NCBI RefSeq assembly: GCF_001194135.2 | Contig: NC_068995.1 | Span: forward strand, 18,074,865-18,138,864 | Source of the DNA: Octopus bimaculoides | Taxonomy: Eukaryota | Length of the DNA: 64,000 nt | Direction of reading: 5' to 3' | Part shown: one piece after another, positions 14,171 through 28,340 of the stretch | How the letters are laid out: each line of letters opens with the position of its first letter | Position numbering within the stretch: the stretch's first letter is position 1 | Made by a program: the position numbers and the translations under genes | The notes under the pieces: generated by a model | What the model was told of the DNA's origin: nothing | Database searches by the model: none | Seen by the model: the letters and a program-made list of their open reading frames with translations, nothing else

Positions 14171-15830
14171 GTTAAGGAATGGAGTAGTTAAGATCCGGGT
14201 CACATATAATTCAAAAGAGCGGAACCTCGGAAGCGTAAATATCCAAGCGAAAGTCTACATTTTCAAGAGTAGGGGGATGTTAAAACATAGAGGATTCGAT
14301 CAGAATCTGCAGAGAACACAGTAAGTATAAAGAGTAGAAATGTAGAGAGTAATTAGGAATATAAAAAAAAAAAAGTAATAAAGGGTGTAAAAAGATTAGG
14401 GAGTGAGAAGAGTGATGTCTGGCAGTATTCAGTAGGGCTATTTTGGCTGAATCACAGAGATTAGCAAGGGGAGTGGTAATTTGAAAAGGAAGACAATGGG
14501 AGGGCTGGCGAAATATGTGTGGTCAAGAGGGAGAAAAAAGTATGTTTGAAGGGAAGGGGTAGTATTAGAAATAGAAATGAGGAGAGAATGGGGAAAGAAT
14601 TGTAGCGACTACTACTAACTATCAAATAAGGGATGTATAGCTGCATGCGGCGAGCGTATTTACAGCATGTAGTAGAGGTGTATGTGGGCGTATGTAGATG
14701 TAAGTATATGTACTTGTAAGTTTATAAGAGAGAGGGGGTTGCAGGTGAAATAAGAGAAAAAAACATTGGTAAGGAAAAGCAAAGAATTATATTAATGACA
14801 ATAAGGAAATAATGGAAGAATACTGGGAATATATTGGTGGTTTAATATATAATGGTAGTGAGGTTAAATAAGGGGGGAATTTGAAGAAGGCTAGGGGAAA
14901 GGATGCGGGTAGGACTATTGTTATTTGTATTTTGAGAATAAATTTAATGATTGATGTTTGCAGGTAAAAATTATGCTACTGCGTTCATTAAGAGAATCCG
15001 TGGATTGCATAATAGCTAAGATCTCTGCTATGCAGAGGTCACACTTGCTATTATGGTTGCTGTATGATTTGGCGTGGGTGACTGTGGACCACTTGATAAT
15101 GTAAGGAGTTCAGTAATTCTTTAATTTATGGATAAGCTAAGATAAAGATGTGCTGCTGGATTTTGCTTGGGACTTGAAACTGGGGTAACGGTTGGTTACA
15201 CCAACTTTAAAGGTAGAGCTGCACTAGCCGACATATATACTGTACACTTCTAAACGGTGATTTTTGTGAGACAGCGATTATCTCAAGGATAGGAGGTTGG
15301 GCGTCGGCATTTACATAAGTCTGTAAGGGGTGTCCGATGTTTATTTATAAGGTGTGGAGTCGCAATGGCCCAGTGGTTAGGGCAGCGTTCTCGCGGTCAT
15401 AGGATCGCGGTTTCGATTCCCAGACCGAGCGTTGTGAGTGTTTATTAAGCGAAAACACCTAAAGGTCCACGAGGCTCCGGCAGGGGATGGTGGCGAACCC
15501 TGCTGTACTCTTTCACCACAACTTTCTCTCACTCTTACTTCCTGTTTCTGTTGTACCTGTAATTCAAAGGGTCAGCCTTGTCATACTGTGCCACGCTGAA
15601 TATCCCCGAGAACTACGTTAAGGGTACACGTGTCTGTGGAGTGCTCAGCCACTTGCACGTTAATTTCACGAGCAGGCTGTTCCGTTGATCGCATTAACTG
15701 GAAACTTCGACGTCGTAAGCGATGGCGTGCCAACAAGATTTATAAGGTAGAGTGTGATGTATTCCTGTTATGGCCGTTTATCAAGGAGTGTCGATTCTGC
15801 CCGTGGTTTAGGTCATTTACTTATTTAACT
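14170..15830 (-). mobile_element. Penelope-like retroelement relic: GIY-YIG endonuclease C-terminus (14921-15830) plus probable 3'/pLTR region, interrupted by a SINE
   Basis: Minus translation with frameshifts: LINGHNRNT...CKCRRPTSYP*DNRCLTKITV*KCTVYM...STFKVGVTNRYPSFKSQAKSSSTSLS*LIHKLKNY*TPYIIKWSTVTHAKSYSNHNSKCDLCIAEILAIMQSTDSLNERSSIIFTCKHQ...K*. This matches the PLE pattern CNCR..CPL..CL...YIG..FK.R..NH..SF...LS..I..LK..I.W.....Y....C.LC..EK...LN.R.E....C.H. The 14170-14920 boundary is inferred from a pyrimidine-rich minus strand. Confidence 0.85.
15354..15737 (+). mobile_element. SINE family A (~380 bp, tRNA-derived), full length with 11-bp TSD
   Basis: A box tggcccagtgg, B box ggtttcgattcc. 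Flanked by atttataaggt at 15343-15353 and 15738-15748. Homologous to 35146-35524. Confidence 0.92.
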
Positions 15831-18807
15831 GTATAGCGATAAAAAGCAATGTCATAAATGGTCTTAACTCATTGATATCTCTGACCTATATAGTTGAAGT
15901 GAAAGTCTAAATGTAAATATTCAATACAAAGGTAAATTCTTTCTCGCTCTTTTGATGATTATCGACTAACAAAAACAATTTGTAAACTTCAAAAAATGTA
16001 GATATTTTAAGTGAAAACAATTAAAGTGGTTTGTAGTGTCTATCGGAAATGAGCATATGGCTAAATCTTAGAGAGGCGAATAAACGACAGAGTTTAAATT
16101 CAAATTGAAATAATATTACTATTCTCACACCATTTCAAGACTTGTGAAAGATGAAAGTCTTAATAAGGTGTTATATTTCTTACAACGTGTAGAATTTCTA
16201 TAAATGAAAACAGATCCATAAGAGACATTGAAGTATACATGCTTTAAATTATTTGGGGATGAAAATTATTTTATGACTATGCCACAAAATTGGACAAATG
16301 AATGTCTAGATGATTGCTGAACAGGCTAGAAATAGAAGTGATAGATGTGATTACAGAATGGATATGCTCTCTTATGACACCCCAACGTCTTAATAAATGA
16401 TAGGAGACATTAGGTCATGTAATCACAAATATCATTATATATCATTGTACTCACGCAGTCAAGTAGTTAAGAACAGCACTTCGCAATTAAGAGGCTCTCA
16501 CTTTGATTCTACTAGTTAGTGCTTTTGGCCAAGCGTACTTTTGCTCAAGTGTGGGTGAATTAGTTTGAAGGTAAGTCATCGCATGGATTGTACCTGCGAG
16601 CGAATGTCCCAGTATTCAAAAACTGAGCCACACTAAGTTTCCATTGAAGATTATTTTTTCAAAATATTTGGTCACTTGTAGTATACTTCTATGAGTATTT
16701 AATTCAATACAATGAGTGACTAATCCCTATTCTATTATATGGACCAAGATATTCAATTCTTCAGTGCAGTATGTTGGATCCATCAGTGTTTAACTAGCGC
16801 TAAATATCATGAACAACAAAATGAGGAATATGGTAACTGCTGTTGTGTAAATGTAACTTCACAAAACTTATATATTTTTAGTTAGCATTGAAATGTCAAG
16901 TAGTTTATTTTCTAAGTACATATCTATTACTTTACGGTTTAAACATTGTTATATAATGAATAATTGTTTAACCGGAGTGTTCTGAGTTTTAATGTACACA
17001 GGCGTTGTTATTTTTATTCAAGAATTAGGGTGTTGACATGATTTGTATTCCGAACGTGGATATGTGTAATTAATGAGCAGGTTATTTATAAGCATGATTT
17101 TTAGATTAAAAGCAAAGAAATTGTATAGATAATTTAATGTTTTAATGTTTTGTTTCTCTTCTTTTTTGTTACTTTCCATTTCCAATTAAATCTGTTTATT
17201 TATGTTGCTGTTTCTTCGTGTGGCGTCTGGAAGGTAAAAACATGTATGTTTATGTTCTTCTTATTATTATGTTTAATATTAAATTTTAATGCTTAAATAG
17301 GTTGTGAACTAACAGTAATTTCATTTCCTTCCTTTCAACATCCGTTTATAAACTAGGTAAACCATGCGCAATTTTGTATATTGCGTTCTGCCACGTGATT
17401 TCGTAGGCTAATGTGTTTTCAATTTAGTTATTAGAAAAATTAATAAATATTTCAATTTTCCAATTAATTTAGATGACAAAAATACAAGGAATGTTTTTCT
17501 TACTTCAAAGTATTTTATAAGTAGAAATATCAGAACAAATATGAACAACTATATGTACAAATAGAAGAGAAATAATTAAAAATTTTTACTACAATTTTCT
17601 TTATATTTCAGTTGACACTAATTTCTTTTGTCTCAGTGCATGGCGTGTATTAGTTTTCAACTTGTACCAAGCACAGCATCACGATTTGCAGGAACGTTTT
17701 CAATTTCTACTTCGAGGAGAAGTATATTTTATTCGAGTACAATAAACTAAATCGATATTAAACGGAAATCAACACTTTCGCAATGATTGTGGTGAGATAA
17801 TAATGATTGATATTCCATTTGGAAAAAATTAACATGTCTTTTGCCAGTATTCTTCAGAATTAAAATCACAGCATCCATGTTTTCTCTACCTCAGACTTTA
17901 TAGACTTACTTCCTTAAATTAGAAACATACAACTATAAAGGGAGTATATCATATTTCAAATGAATCTTCTAGGGGTTTGCTGGCGGTGAATTACCCTGTG
18001 TGAGATTGATGACAATGTATGCCCCATACTGAAAGAAAAGAAATTAAAATCACGGGAAATATAACGAAAATTTAAATTATTTTATAATTCATTCAATTAT
18101 TTGTTGATAATAAATTGTAGAATATTACTGCTTATCCTGCTAACGCTCCATATGTATTTATATTGGATATATATCCCGTTATTAGAATAATAATATATTT
18201 AAAATCTAATTCATTCTAAACCTACCTAAATAATCCGACGGCCGAATTCAAGTCACGAAAATTTCCATAAAGTATATACTTATGTTGTAAAAGTTCAATC
18301 CCAAGCTAACCTTCTGTGAATTATATCCTGATATCCATACTAGTGTTAATCCTTAGAACAGTTAAGAAATCAATATAAATATATCTAAAAGATGTTAAAG
18401 ACACATCTAAAGCAAAGTAAATAACTCAAATTAGCCCATGGCATATGTTGACAGATATCAGGCCAGTACGGGTATAATAAATTGACACACGGAACATAGT
18501 TAATGCATTGGATTTGGCTTCACAAATTGTCTTGATATTTTCTGAGATAATGAAAATTGAACAGCCAATGTTAAAATTAAACAGAAATGGATGTTCTTTA
18601 AATTAGGACATTAAAAATTATTTTGGTAAAATGAATACATGATTCGTATTAGGGTGCAATCTGCTAGTTAGCATTATGTTTCTGTCTTACTGGTACAGGC
18701 ACAGAAGCATGCACAACCCGAAACCAAACGACAAATATTCATAAGCGTGTTTTACAATAAAGAATTTTATTCTTCAGCTAGGAATCAGCTAGGAATCAAT
18801 AATTGAA

Positions 18808-18945
18808 GACAGTGAGCTGGTAGAACCGTTCGCATGCCGGGGGAAAAAAATTGCAGCATTTTGTCCGTTTTTACATTCCGATTTCAAATTTGATCCTAGC
18901 TGACTTTGCCTCTCATCCTTTCAAAGCGGATAAAATATGTAACAA
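18808..18945 (+). mobile_element. SINE family B, degraded 5' part
   Basis: gacagtgagctggtagaaccgttcgcatgccgg...tttcaaatt...gactttgcctctcatcctttc resembles the 19193 copy. Confidence 0.6.
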
Positions 18946-19192
18946 TCGACTTAAACCTCCCAACCAAACGTACTTGCCTTTTACGAGAATTTGAATCCAA
19001 CATATATCATATAATGCCACTGCGGTATTTAGCATATATTACTGGCTCAGTATGGTTCTTTAACCACAAAAATTCAATATGGGACACAATTTCCTCGTAC
19101 AAATATTCCCTCTGTAGAATATATAGTTTACTGATCAAGTGGATTCACAATGTCCATATGATTTTACAGGTCATAATATTGAAGCTAGTACA

Positions 19193-19400
19193 TGGTAGTG
19201 TGCTGGCTGATACGTTAACACGCCGGGCGAAATGCTTCGCGGTATTTCGTCTGTCTTTATGTTTTGAATTCAAATACCGCCGAGGTCGACTTTGCCTTCG
19301 GGGTCGATAAATTAAGTACCACTTGCGTGCTGAGGTCGTTCTAATCTATTGCCTTCCTACCCCAAAATTTGGGGCCTAGTACCTAGAGTAGAAAAGAATA
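19193..19400 (+). mobile_element. SINE family B, near full length
   Basis: gctggctgatacgttaacacgccgggcgaaatgcttcgcggtatttcgtctgtc...gaggtcgactttgcc...cctagagtagaaaaga; reverse complement of the 28128 and 33052 copies. Confidence 0.9.
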
Positions 19401-19738
19401 TTGAAGCGAGCACGGTGCTAATAATATTTATTCTCAGAAGGGAGCATATTTTTAACTTAAGCATGAGTATGAATTATGTGCTTATTAATTACTGTAATTG
19501 ACTCCAATTTTCTACTTCTAATATGGAGCAGATTACAGAAGGTGATAGGTTAAACAGGCTGGAGCGTCAGAATAAGTGGCATTCACAATGCTAAAGTAAA
19601 ACATAGAATATGCATAACGAACATTATGAACATTAAGCACACACATACTCGTGCATGTCATCACTTGAAATTAGATAACAGATGCCAGCAATATACCATG
19701 GATAATATAAATCATTATACACCAACGCTAATTTGGAA

Positions 19739-19739
<1 letters not shown>

Positions 19740-19789
<50 letters not shown>

Positions 19790-20355
19790 NNNNNNNNNNN
19801 NNNNNNNNNNNNNNNNNNNNNNNNNNNNNNNNNNNNNNNNNNNNNNNNNNNNNNNNNNNNNNNNNNNNNNNNNNNNNNNNNNNNNNNNNNNNNNNNNNNN
19901 NNNNNNNNNNNNNNNNNNNNNNNNNNNNNNNNNNNNNNNNNNNNNNNNNNNNNNNNNNNNNNNNNNNNNNNNNNNNNNNNNNNNNNNNNNNNNNNNNNNN
20001 NNNNNNNNNNNNNNNNNNNNNNNNNNNNNNNNNNNNNNNNNNNNNNNNNNNNNNNNNNNNNNNNNNNNNNNNNNNNNNNNNNNNNNNNNNNNNNNNNNNN
20101 NNNNNNNNNNNNNNNNNNNNNNNNNNNNNNNNNNNNNNNNNNNNNNNNNNNNNNNNNNNNNNNNNNNNNNNNNNNNNNNNNNNNNNNNNNNNNNNNNNNN
20201 NNNNNNNNNNNNNNNNNNNNNNNNNNNNNNNNNNNNNNNNNNNNNNNNNNNNNNNNNNNNNNNNNNNNNNNNNNNNNNNNNNNNNNNNNNNNNNNNNNNN
20301 NNNNNNNNNNNNNNNNNNNNNNNNNNNNNNNNNNNNNNNNNNNNNNNNNNNNNNN
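19740..20355. other. (TA)n followed by assembly gap 19790-20355
   Basis: N run. Confidence 0.99.
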
Positions 20356-21932
20356 ATAGTAAATGTCTCTTATGCTCAGAGTAGTATAAGTAAACATAAA
20401 GGTATTCTCCATATTTCACAAAGTTTCTTACTGAAGAGTTCTGAGGCATTTGTATATATATATTGTTTATATTCATTGTGGTACTATAACACCAGGCTTA
20501 CAAATAATCAGCAAATAAAATATGGGTACGTAACCTGCCTTTAGAGAGGTACATATTGTATTGTTTGAGCTCCTAAGAGCCCTGAGACATGTTATAATCT
20601 AACAGTTAACAGTTTCTTAGAAATATTTAGAAATGAAAGAAATTCTAGCTTATCTAAGTCAATTTTAGCTTTAAATAAACACGCTGGCAATTTGATATAG
20701 TGATTTTAGTAGAATCTTTTAGTTTACGTAGTTAAAGTTATATGATATTAAAAGGTTTAGAAAGCAACCATAGTTCATATATTTATTCCTAACTTCGTGT
20801 TTTTAGATTATGCGTGAAATGGAGTATTAAGGACCGCGTGATAATATTCTGAAAATTTGTATACGATTAATGTTTCTGAAAGGAAATGATGACAATGTGT
20901 TATTTAAAAGAGTAGTGGCAAATTGTTAACTCAATATATGTTTCAAAAAAATAGTCACATATCAGAAATAAGATGTTAAAATCCAAGTAATGAACAACTA
21001 ATATAAAAACAAGAAGAACGGTAAAAAAGAAAAAAAAACACAGCGGAAAAATAAAATAAAATTTATCATGATTATACATACGAAGAAAAAAGAGATGTTC
21101 TTAGCAAAACTAAGTTGTTATTCATGAGTGAAAATTTAGCAATTCATAGAAGTAGTTAAACCATACATACAATAAATTCCGGCCATTAACACAAAAGAAG
21201 TAAAAAGAAATATCACATCAAGACGTCTACGTCATATGAGAAGAAGAGAGGAAAAGAAATACACAATATCTAAAGTGTGATATCAGAAACATAAATTTTA
21301 ACTATCATTGAAGCTTTCTCTCCATAGAAGTTATATTTATTATCACATCATTGTGAATTAAGAATTATATGTGATTTGTTTCCTCATCAATCCTTTCACA
21401 TATTTTTTCCTCAACACTATTTTGCTATACACTTCACTTGATGTAGATAATAAAATAACACATAATAGCCAGACAATGTAAGAAATGATGTGGTGATGTT
21501 GTAAGTGTACATATATACCTAGTTACACGAAAAAAAACACACTCATTCATTTATATATGTGCGTGTGCTTATGCAGAAATGTGGGTGTGTATGTGTATTT
21601 ATTATGTATTTTATGTTTTCGTATGTCGTTAAGATACTCATTTAGAAAAGAAGCAAAATGTGTTCATTTATTGTATATGCTACCCGCTACCTTCCTTTAC
21701 TAACCAACGCTACTCATTATAAATCTTTATATTATTAACCATTTATCCATCAGAAATGTGAGAACGTAACTGTTCTTGTGAAAGACTCTTTTGACAGATA
21801 TCGCTAATAAGTTCTCAGAAAAAATGGTCTTAATACGATAATTTTTGCTATGTATTTTCTTATATTGAAAAGGATATTCCTGGTGGATTCATATCAGGCA
21901 ATATCCGATCACAGTTTACTTGAGTTCAAAGT

Positions 21933-22115
21933 GAGGACGTATAGCTAAGTGGTTAAGATGTTGTATTCAGGATCGTGAGATCGTGGTTTCAATTACTCGA
22001 CCGGTTTGTGTTTTGCATTCTGGAGCAAAACTCTTCAAGTTGTTCTACGATTATTTCGACAACTGACGGGTTGTACACAGTGCATCTGGTCAGACAACGT
22101 CGATTCGATTGAGAG
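21933..22115 (+). mobile_element. Degraded tRNA-derived SINE
   Basis: A-box-like tagctaagtggttaag and B-box-like ggtttcaattact at tRNA spacing. Confidence 0.5.
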
Positions 22116-24868
22116 AGTGAGCTATTACATAGCATAAACATTTGATCACTATAAACAAAACTTTAGTGTATATTGTTTGGCAAGAAATTACTGAACCGTT
22201 TTTTTCTCGAACTACCAGAAACTTATACGAATAGTTTACTGATGAGAAATTACGACAGCTTCCTACTATAGACAAATATTTATTGTATGTTAAATTTCCT
22301 TTCGAAAAGAAACCATGCTGTGAAATATATTATTTTCATATAATTGACCAGTCTTTCAATATTTTCGTTCTATTTTTTTCTATTCTCATATAAGGCACGT
22401 TAAGAATTTTAGTAGTTTCAAATGATGATTGTAAAGAACCCTTATTCATAGAAAATAGTATGTTTGGTGTATGTTTGTAAAGCCAGTTATAAAGCTAATT
22501 TTAAAATCATACCGCACAACTTATTATTGAATCATATTTCCTCACTGTTACATTATTTAAGCAAGTAAATACTGAATGGCATAACCAATACTATCAAACA
22601 TACCCTCTATTAGACAAATCATATTATTTAATGTGCCCTTCAGTATTTGTAAGCAGACAGTGTGTGGTTTGAGGGCGATTTGGAAATTCGTCCAAGAAGG
22701 ACGAGAGAACACATATAAGCTTCCTTGATGGTACGATTCATTATATTTTTATTACGTTTATTGTTTCGAAGAAAATGTAATGTCTTATAGATTCAACCCT
22801 ACACTTAGTGCAAAGTAGAAACTATGAGTAACATCATTTATTTTATCTCAAACGACCAACAGAATGTCAGGGTTTTTTTAACGTCACACTTAGTTTAGAA
22901 ATTGTGTAATATGATATCTAAGGTCAGTTATCCAGGTGAGAAGGAGTCTGCTGGACTAGTTCATACGTAGACTGCAGTGGGGGTGTAGGAGATAATCTAT
23001 TATAGTAGGCTTTGAGCGGTGGGAGGCAAGGAGAGGTCATAAACAATTAAGGATAAAGGAAAAATAAAGGATAAATAAATCAAACGAAAAGGTGAAGGAA
23101 AAATGAAAATAAAACCATACACGCCTATCAGGTAGAGGGTCGGGATACATGAATCTCGAGATAATGGTAAATGTCGAGAGGAGGAGGGAGAATGATACAC
23201 AGAAATTTAGGGGCATTCAGTAGATTTTGGTTGTTACTTTTAATGACTGAAGCCATTCACACATGCATACATACATAACAACCCCTGTCTGTCCGTTTTT
23301 TTTTTCTGTCAATCACTCACTAAAAATACGAAATTTTGAAAATCTGTTATCTCTCTTTCTCTCTCTTTATACCGTCGCTAGAGGCGGACTTAACTCATGT
23401 TTGCAAATGCTGGTGTATTTCTCCGACATGAAAATTGTTAGAAGTCTGCGTATTAAACTAAGTAAAGAAGTGTTGATTTGTTCGTATAAACCTTCCGAGA
23501 TTTTGCCTTAACAGCACCACCATTCAATACCTGCAACAAGTAAAGCACAAAAATATAAAAGGCTATCAATCTGGACATATTACATGTATTCGGTATTAAC
23601 AGGAATTCGAATACCATTTCTAGGATTGGCAAATGTTGTAGAATCCAAGTTTTCAGGAAAACCCGGCTGCTGTTACTGCGGAGATTGATATTTAGACTCA
23701 TATTCTACATTTTGTTATATTTATCATAAAATTGAGCCGACGAATAAACGTGAGACCATGAATACTACCAAGCAATCTGTAAGATCCATCATGAATTATG
23801 TCTTGGATTGCTGAAACACCTTAAGGTACAGGGCTAATTGGAGCGTGAACTTCAGGAACATCGTGAGTTCAAATCGTGGATGCAAATATGTGAAGGAAAG
23901 CTTAAATATGGAGAAAATTTGGAAGAAATTGCACATTAAGTTTAACCATACAAATTAATGAGTCGCTCAGTTGCGGATACGTTTTGAAATTTCTTTTCCT
24001 TTTATTTTTTCTGTAACGGTGAGTTACAGCAAGCGTGAAAATTCTTTGGACTACAAGGTTATGTACGGAGGAGTTTTTCCAAGATATATCTGCGCACAAA
24101 CACTGTTGCCACCTCAGAACACTTGATAAAATTGTTATAATGTATGTAGACGCATTTGTTCACCAACCTTGACATGAAATAAGAATAGTAGTTTTAGAAA
24201 TTAGTCTCCCTTTTCACTCCAAATCTAGTTCATAATCTGGTTCATAATTCAATCCGGTGTGCTCCTGTTTATAATATGATACAGCTGTATTATTCTTTAC
24301 AAATTTGTATAGACATCTAGGTTACTCAAATGGGCTTTGTGACACCTTTAGAGAAATCAGCGGATGATGCTTCACGTGAAAAAAAATTAATAATATCCTT
24401 TTTTCTTTACTTAAATAATGTCATGTGAACATAAAATTATTATCGTAATTCAATCGGCGTTCCAACCATGGCGCAGTTGGGTTAGTTAACACTTCCAAAA
24501 TTTTACAAATTATGGGTATATTCAATAAGATGAATGTATATCGACCTGGTTACATGATAAATATCTCGCATTTTATTATACCTTTATTGTTTGGAAACAT
24601 TACAAATATAGGATATTCCCATTTGTTTTGCTCTAGCATAAAGTTTGTGTCTATTTAGTGTAAGTAAAATCATGAACAAAACTGTATTTCAATCAAGTTT
24701 CATGGGCGCATCCTTAGATGTGTATCATAATTCGTCATTTAATTTAGGAAGAGATTTTATGTTTATGACATAATGTCTTATTCCCATAAAATTCTATTCT
24801 CCGAAAGCAGCTAATTAAAAATATTTCTAAATTAGTAAAATTTATTTGCTTTCTATAAAATTATACAT

Positions 24869-24957
<89 letters not shown>
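24869..24957. repeat. (CA)n-(TA)n microsatellite
   Basis: Directly visible. Confidence 0.97.
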
Positions 24958-26913
24958 AATATTGTAATTCGCATTTGTTTCCTAGAGAAATTTAAAACTG
25001 GCTGCTATGATGATATATCATAAATTGGTGTTTATCTATGTTCTAGTTTTGTTTTCTTTCTCTTAACGATTACAGTTGTTTACAAACATTGTGTTACTTT
25101 TATTAATTTTTTTGGAAATTCATGATATATAGGTAGATAAATATGTTTTGAATTAATTTAAGATACGTTATTTTGCCGAGAGTCACTGAAATATTGAAAA
25201 ATGCTGATAAGAGAAAGAAATCTAGGAAACATATGTGTAAATTATAAATTATAACATTATCTACAAGCGACTGCAATTAAATATTAATTAATTCAGATGA
25301 AAGAAAAAGGATAAATAATAAATATTACACTGAAATAAAATACCATTGAAAGAGAAAAGTTATATGTAATATAATTGTTAATTTGCATTTAGTAAAATAT
25401 TAAATATAGGTGTGAAGTAACGTTAGTGTATTGGCTTAGAGCATCATATACCTTACACTAGTAAACATGAATTTGGAAGTTTTTCATTAGCTTACAGACA
25501 AGAAAAACAGCAGTGTTTAATATTTACATGGTTTTGATGACTAGTTAGAGAGGGGCAATTATCCAAATACCGTAGTATTTATGTGAATGCATTCAATACA
25601 TACTTAAATAGGGCCAAGGATTACAATCGAAGATCAGGTGCAGTCTTTTTCAGCACTGTTCAAAACGGGTCCTATCCGTCAGATTTCAGATCATTATTTG
25701 AGCTAAGGCTATGTTAGAGAGTTTTCACACTTAAGCCACACTGTCACTTATTTGCGAATTGAACGTTTTACCACCAAAGGATCTGAAAGAATTAAGTGCA
25801 CGGCATCCATACACTAACTAAATTTTGACAAAGGCAGGTCGATGGACTTTGGTTGGATTTGAAAGTGAGAGAGAGAGAGAGGAGGATGGGGCAGCGAGAG
25901 AAAGGGGAGTCAAGAGTAGGTTAGAAAAAGAGAGAAGAACGTGTTATACAAGGCAGCAGGATAGGAGTTTCAGAATACATGTTAATCTTTAAACAAGATA
26001 TATCAATGTGAAGTGGATTTAAGAGAGCGCACTTTGCAAAATCTTCATAGGCAAGGAACAAGGTAAGGTACCCAAAGCACAAAATAAAAAGAAGAAAAGA
26101 AGGTAGGAACATACAATGCAAACTTAATAATTAAGAACGTATCATTTACTCATACATCAAGCCTAAGACGATGATTAATTGAGCAATAGTAACGCTCTAT
26201 ATGAAGAAACAAGCAATATCAATGTAAGGTTTCGATGATATTCCTTACCCGCTATGGCCCAGCCGTAAAGCAGCACGTTAAACAGCTATAAGTTTATGTG
26301 CAAAACATCTACTTTTCAAAACAAGTTATTTCACACTGTTATAAGCAACACTCATTTTGTGTTTTGTTAGAAAAAAATATACTAACAATAAAGGAGTTTC
26401 AAATTTACTTCCAGTACTGTAGCCAGTCTATGCAAACTTTTGCTTCTGTTCTTCAATGGCACTTCGATGGCTGCCAATACAAAGATGATGTTTTAAGATG
26501 ATTTTGATCACTTAACACTATAAAACTTTGTGAATGCATATGTTTATAGAGCGTAAGATATTGCAGCGTTTTTTATTGTATATATATATATATATATATA
26601 TAATATGGATTTAATCAAAAGGTTAACTGTAGTACTTAAAATGTTTGTGTCACCAGAATTAGGTAGGGTAAAATCCAAAAACAAAATCAAGAGATTTGGT
26701 GAATTAAATTTGAAGCAAAGCAACAAAAATGTATTAGATTATAGCAGTACGTACGTTTCGTACAAGCTTCATTTATTTATGTAGTGAGAACACCACATAA
26801 GATGTGCAATGAAAATGTACTCCTCAGCTGCATAATGGAAGTTCATTTCAGAAAGCCATTTTGTAAATGTGTGCAAATACAAGAGTAGGAGATGAAGAGA
26901 ATATATCGGACTT

Positions 26914-27119
26914 TACTAAATTTTGCTAAAAAAGGCCTTTGCTTTGGATAAAAGAAAAAATAAAGACTGAACATTTAATTGTGATTGTATTCAACATATT
27001 CCCCCTCTCAGATTCACACACTTATTGCAGCGGTCCTTCAGTTTTTCTAAGCCTTGTAAAATAACTCGAAGTTATTGCGATGCACATAAAGCCAGGAAAT
27101 TTTCAGCACCCCCCTCGTA
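26914..27119 (-). mobile_element. Internally deleted mariner (MITE-like) retaining the transposase C-terminus
   Basis: Minus strand begins TA|cgaggggggtgctgaaaatttcctggcttt (mariner-type TIR, 27088-27117). It then reads GLEKLKDRCNKCVNLRG (cf. mariner C-terminus L..RW.KC....G.Y.E). A degenerate opposite TIR starts after TA at 26914. Confidence 0.8.
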
Positions 27120-27624
27120 AATATTTTGCAGTACTGTAATCATAGAAGGACACACCTAATGCAAGTATGGCAACACAACCGTCATTTGTTTGGACGATTG
27201 CATTACTGATTGCACGGCAGATCTGATCTTATATCAGACAGTCAATGCTGTAGTTAAAAAGTTCAGCTGCAATGAAAACAACAATATATATAATATGTTG
27301 AATATTTATACGATTGAATTCAAATTTCCTGTCATTATCCCGTCATATTTCTAGATTTCTAAACAAAGATATTTGGCATAAACGTCAAATTAGGTTATCA
27401 ACATTTTGGAATATTTTTCTGAGTCGTGATCCTGATCTGTTTGCCAAAACCTGATTTCATGTTCAGCTTTAATATTCTCATCTGATTTACGAACATCCGG
27501 AAATACAAAATTTCTCTTTACTTTTGACTAGAATGATTCAGCTAAACCACATAGTATAACCCCGAGGAATTATTGCTTTCAAATTTTGGCATAAGTATTT
27601 CAATCAAGTCGATTACATGGAACC

Positions 27625-27785
27625 TCACCCCACCCAGTGTTTAACTGGTACTTGTTTAAAGAACCCCGAAAAGACAAAAGGCAAAGTTGGCCTCGGTGAA
27701 ACTTGACCACAGGAATGAAAGAAGAATGAAATGCTGCTAGATAGTTTGCCCGGAGTGCTAACGATTCTGTCATTACGACGCCATC
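27625..27785 (-). mobile_element. SINE family B-related copy, partial
   Basis: aactggtactt...ccccgaaaagacaaaaggcaaagttggcctcgg...tttgcccggagtgctaacgattctg. Confidence 0.7.
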
Positions 27786-28127
27786 CGATGAATCATTAAG
27801 CGAATGGCTTTTTATATCATTTCTTGGACCAATGAAAATTTCATTCAACGTAATGTATGACCATATTTTTAATGGAAACAAGAAATGAAATAGTCAAGTA
27901 AAAATAACTTTCAGGAAAAAAAAATCTGCTCTAATTGCAACGAACAAGTGATGATGCCTTGAGTACTGCAAACTATTTTAGCAAATGTGCATTTTACATT
28001 ATGTTAATTAAATAAAACTATATGTGTGTATGTATGTCTGCATTCAGATGCATGCTAGCCACACACGGCGCACGCTAGTACGCACACGTGCATGCACATA
28101 CATACACATATTCAGATACACATAATT

Positions 28128-28340
28128 CTCTTCTAACCTAGGCAGACGGCCCGAAATTTTGGGGGAGGGAGCCAGTCGATTAGATCAACCACAGTACGCA
28201 ACTGGTACTTAGTTTATCAACCTTGAAAAGATGAAGGGCAAAGTCGACCTCGGCGGAATTTGAACTCAGAACGTAAAGACAGACCAAATGCCACTACGCA
28301 TTTCGACCGGCGTGCTAACGTTTCTACCAGCTCGTCGCCT
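28128..28340 (-). mobile_element. SINE family B, full length
   Basis: ctaggcagacggcccgaaattttggggg...gtcgacctcggcggaatttgaactcagaacgtaaagacagac...gctaacgtttctaccagctcgtcgcct. Confidence 0.92.

Noticed and set aside
15354-15430. tRNA gene calls at SINE heads (also 35146, 13820, 21933)
   Set aside because: A/B boxes are present but there is no intact cloverleaf, and they continue into SINE bodies.
16455-16560. Possible very old SINE head; similar traces at ~32540 and ~53060
   Set aside because: Too degraded to support.
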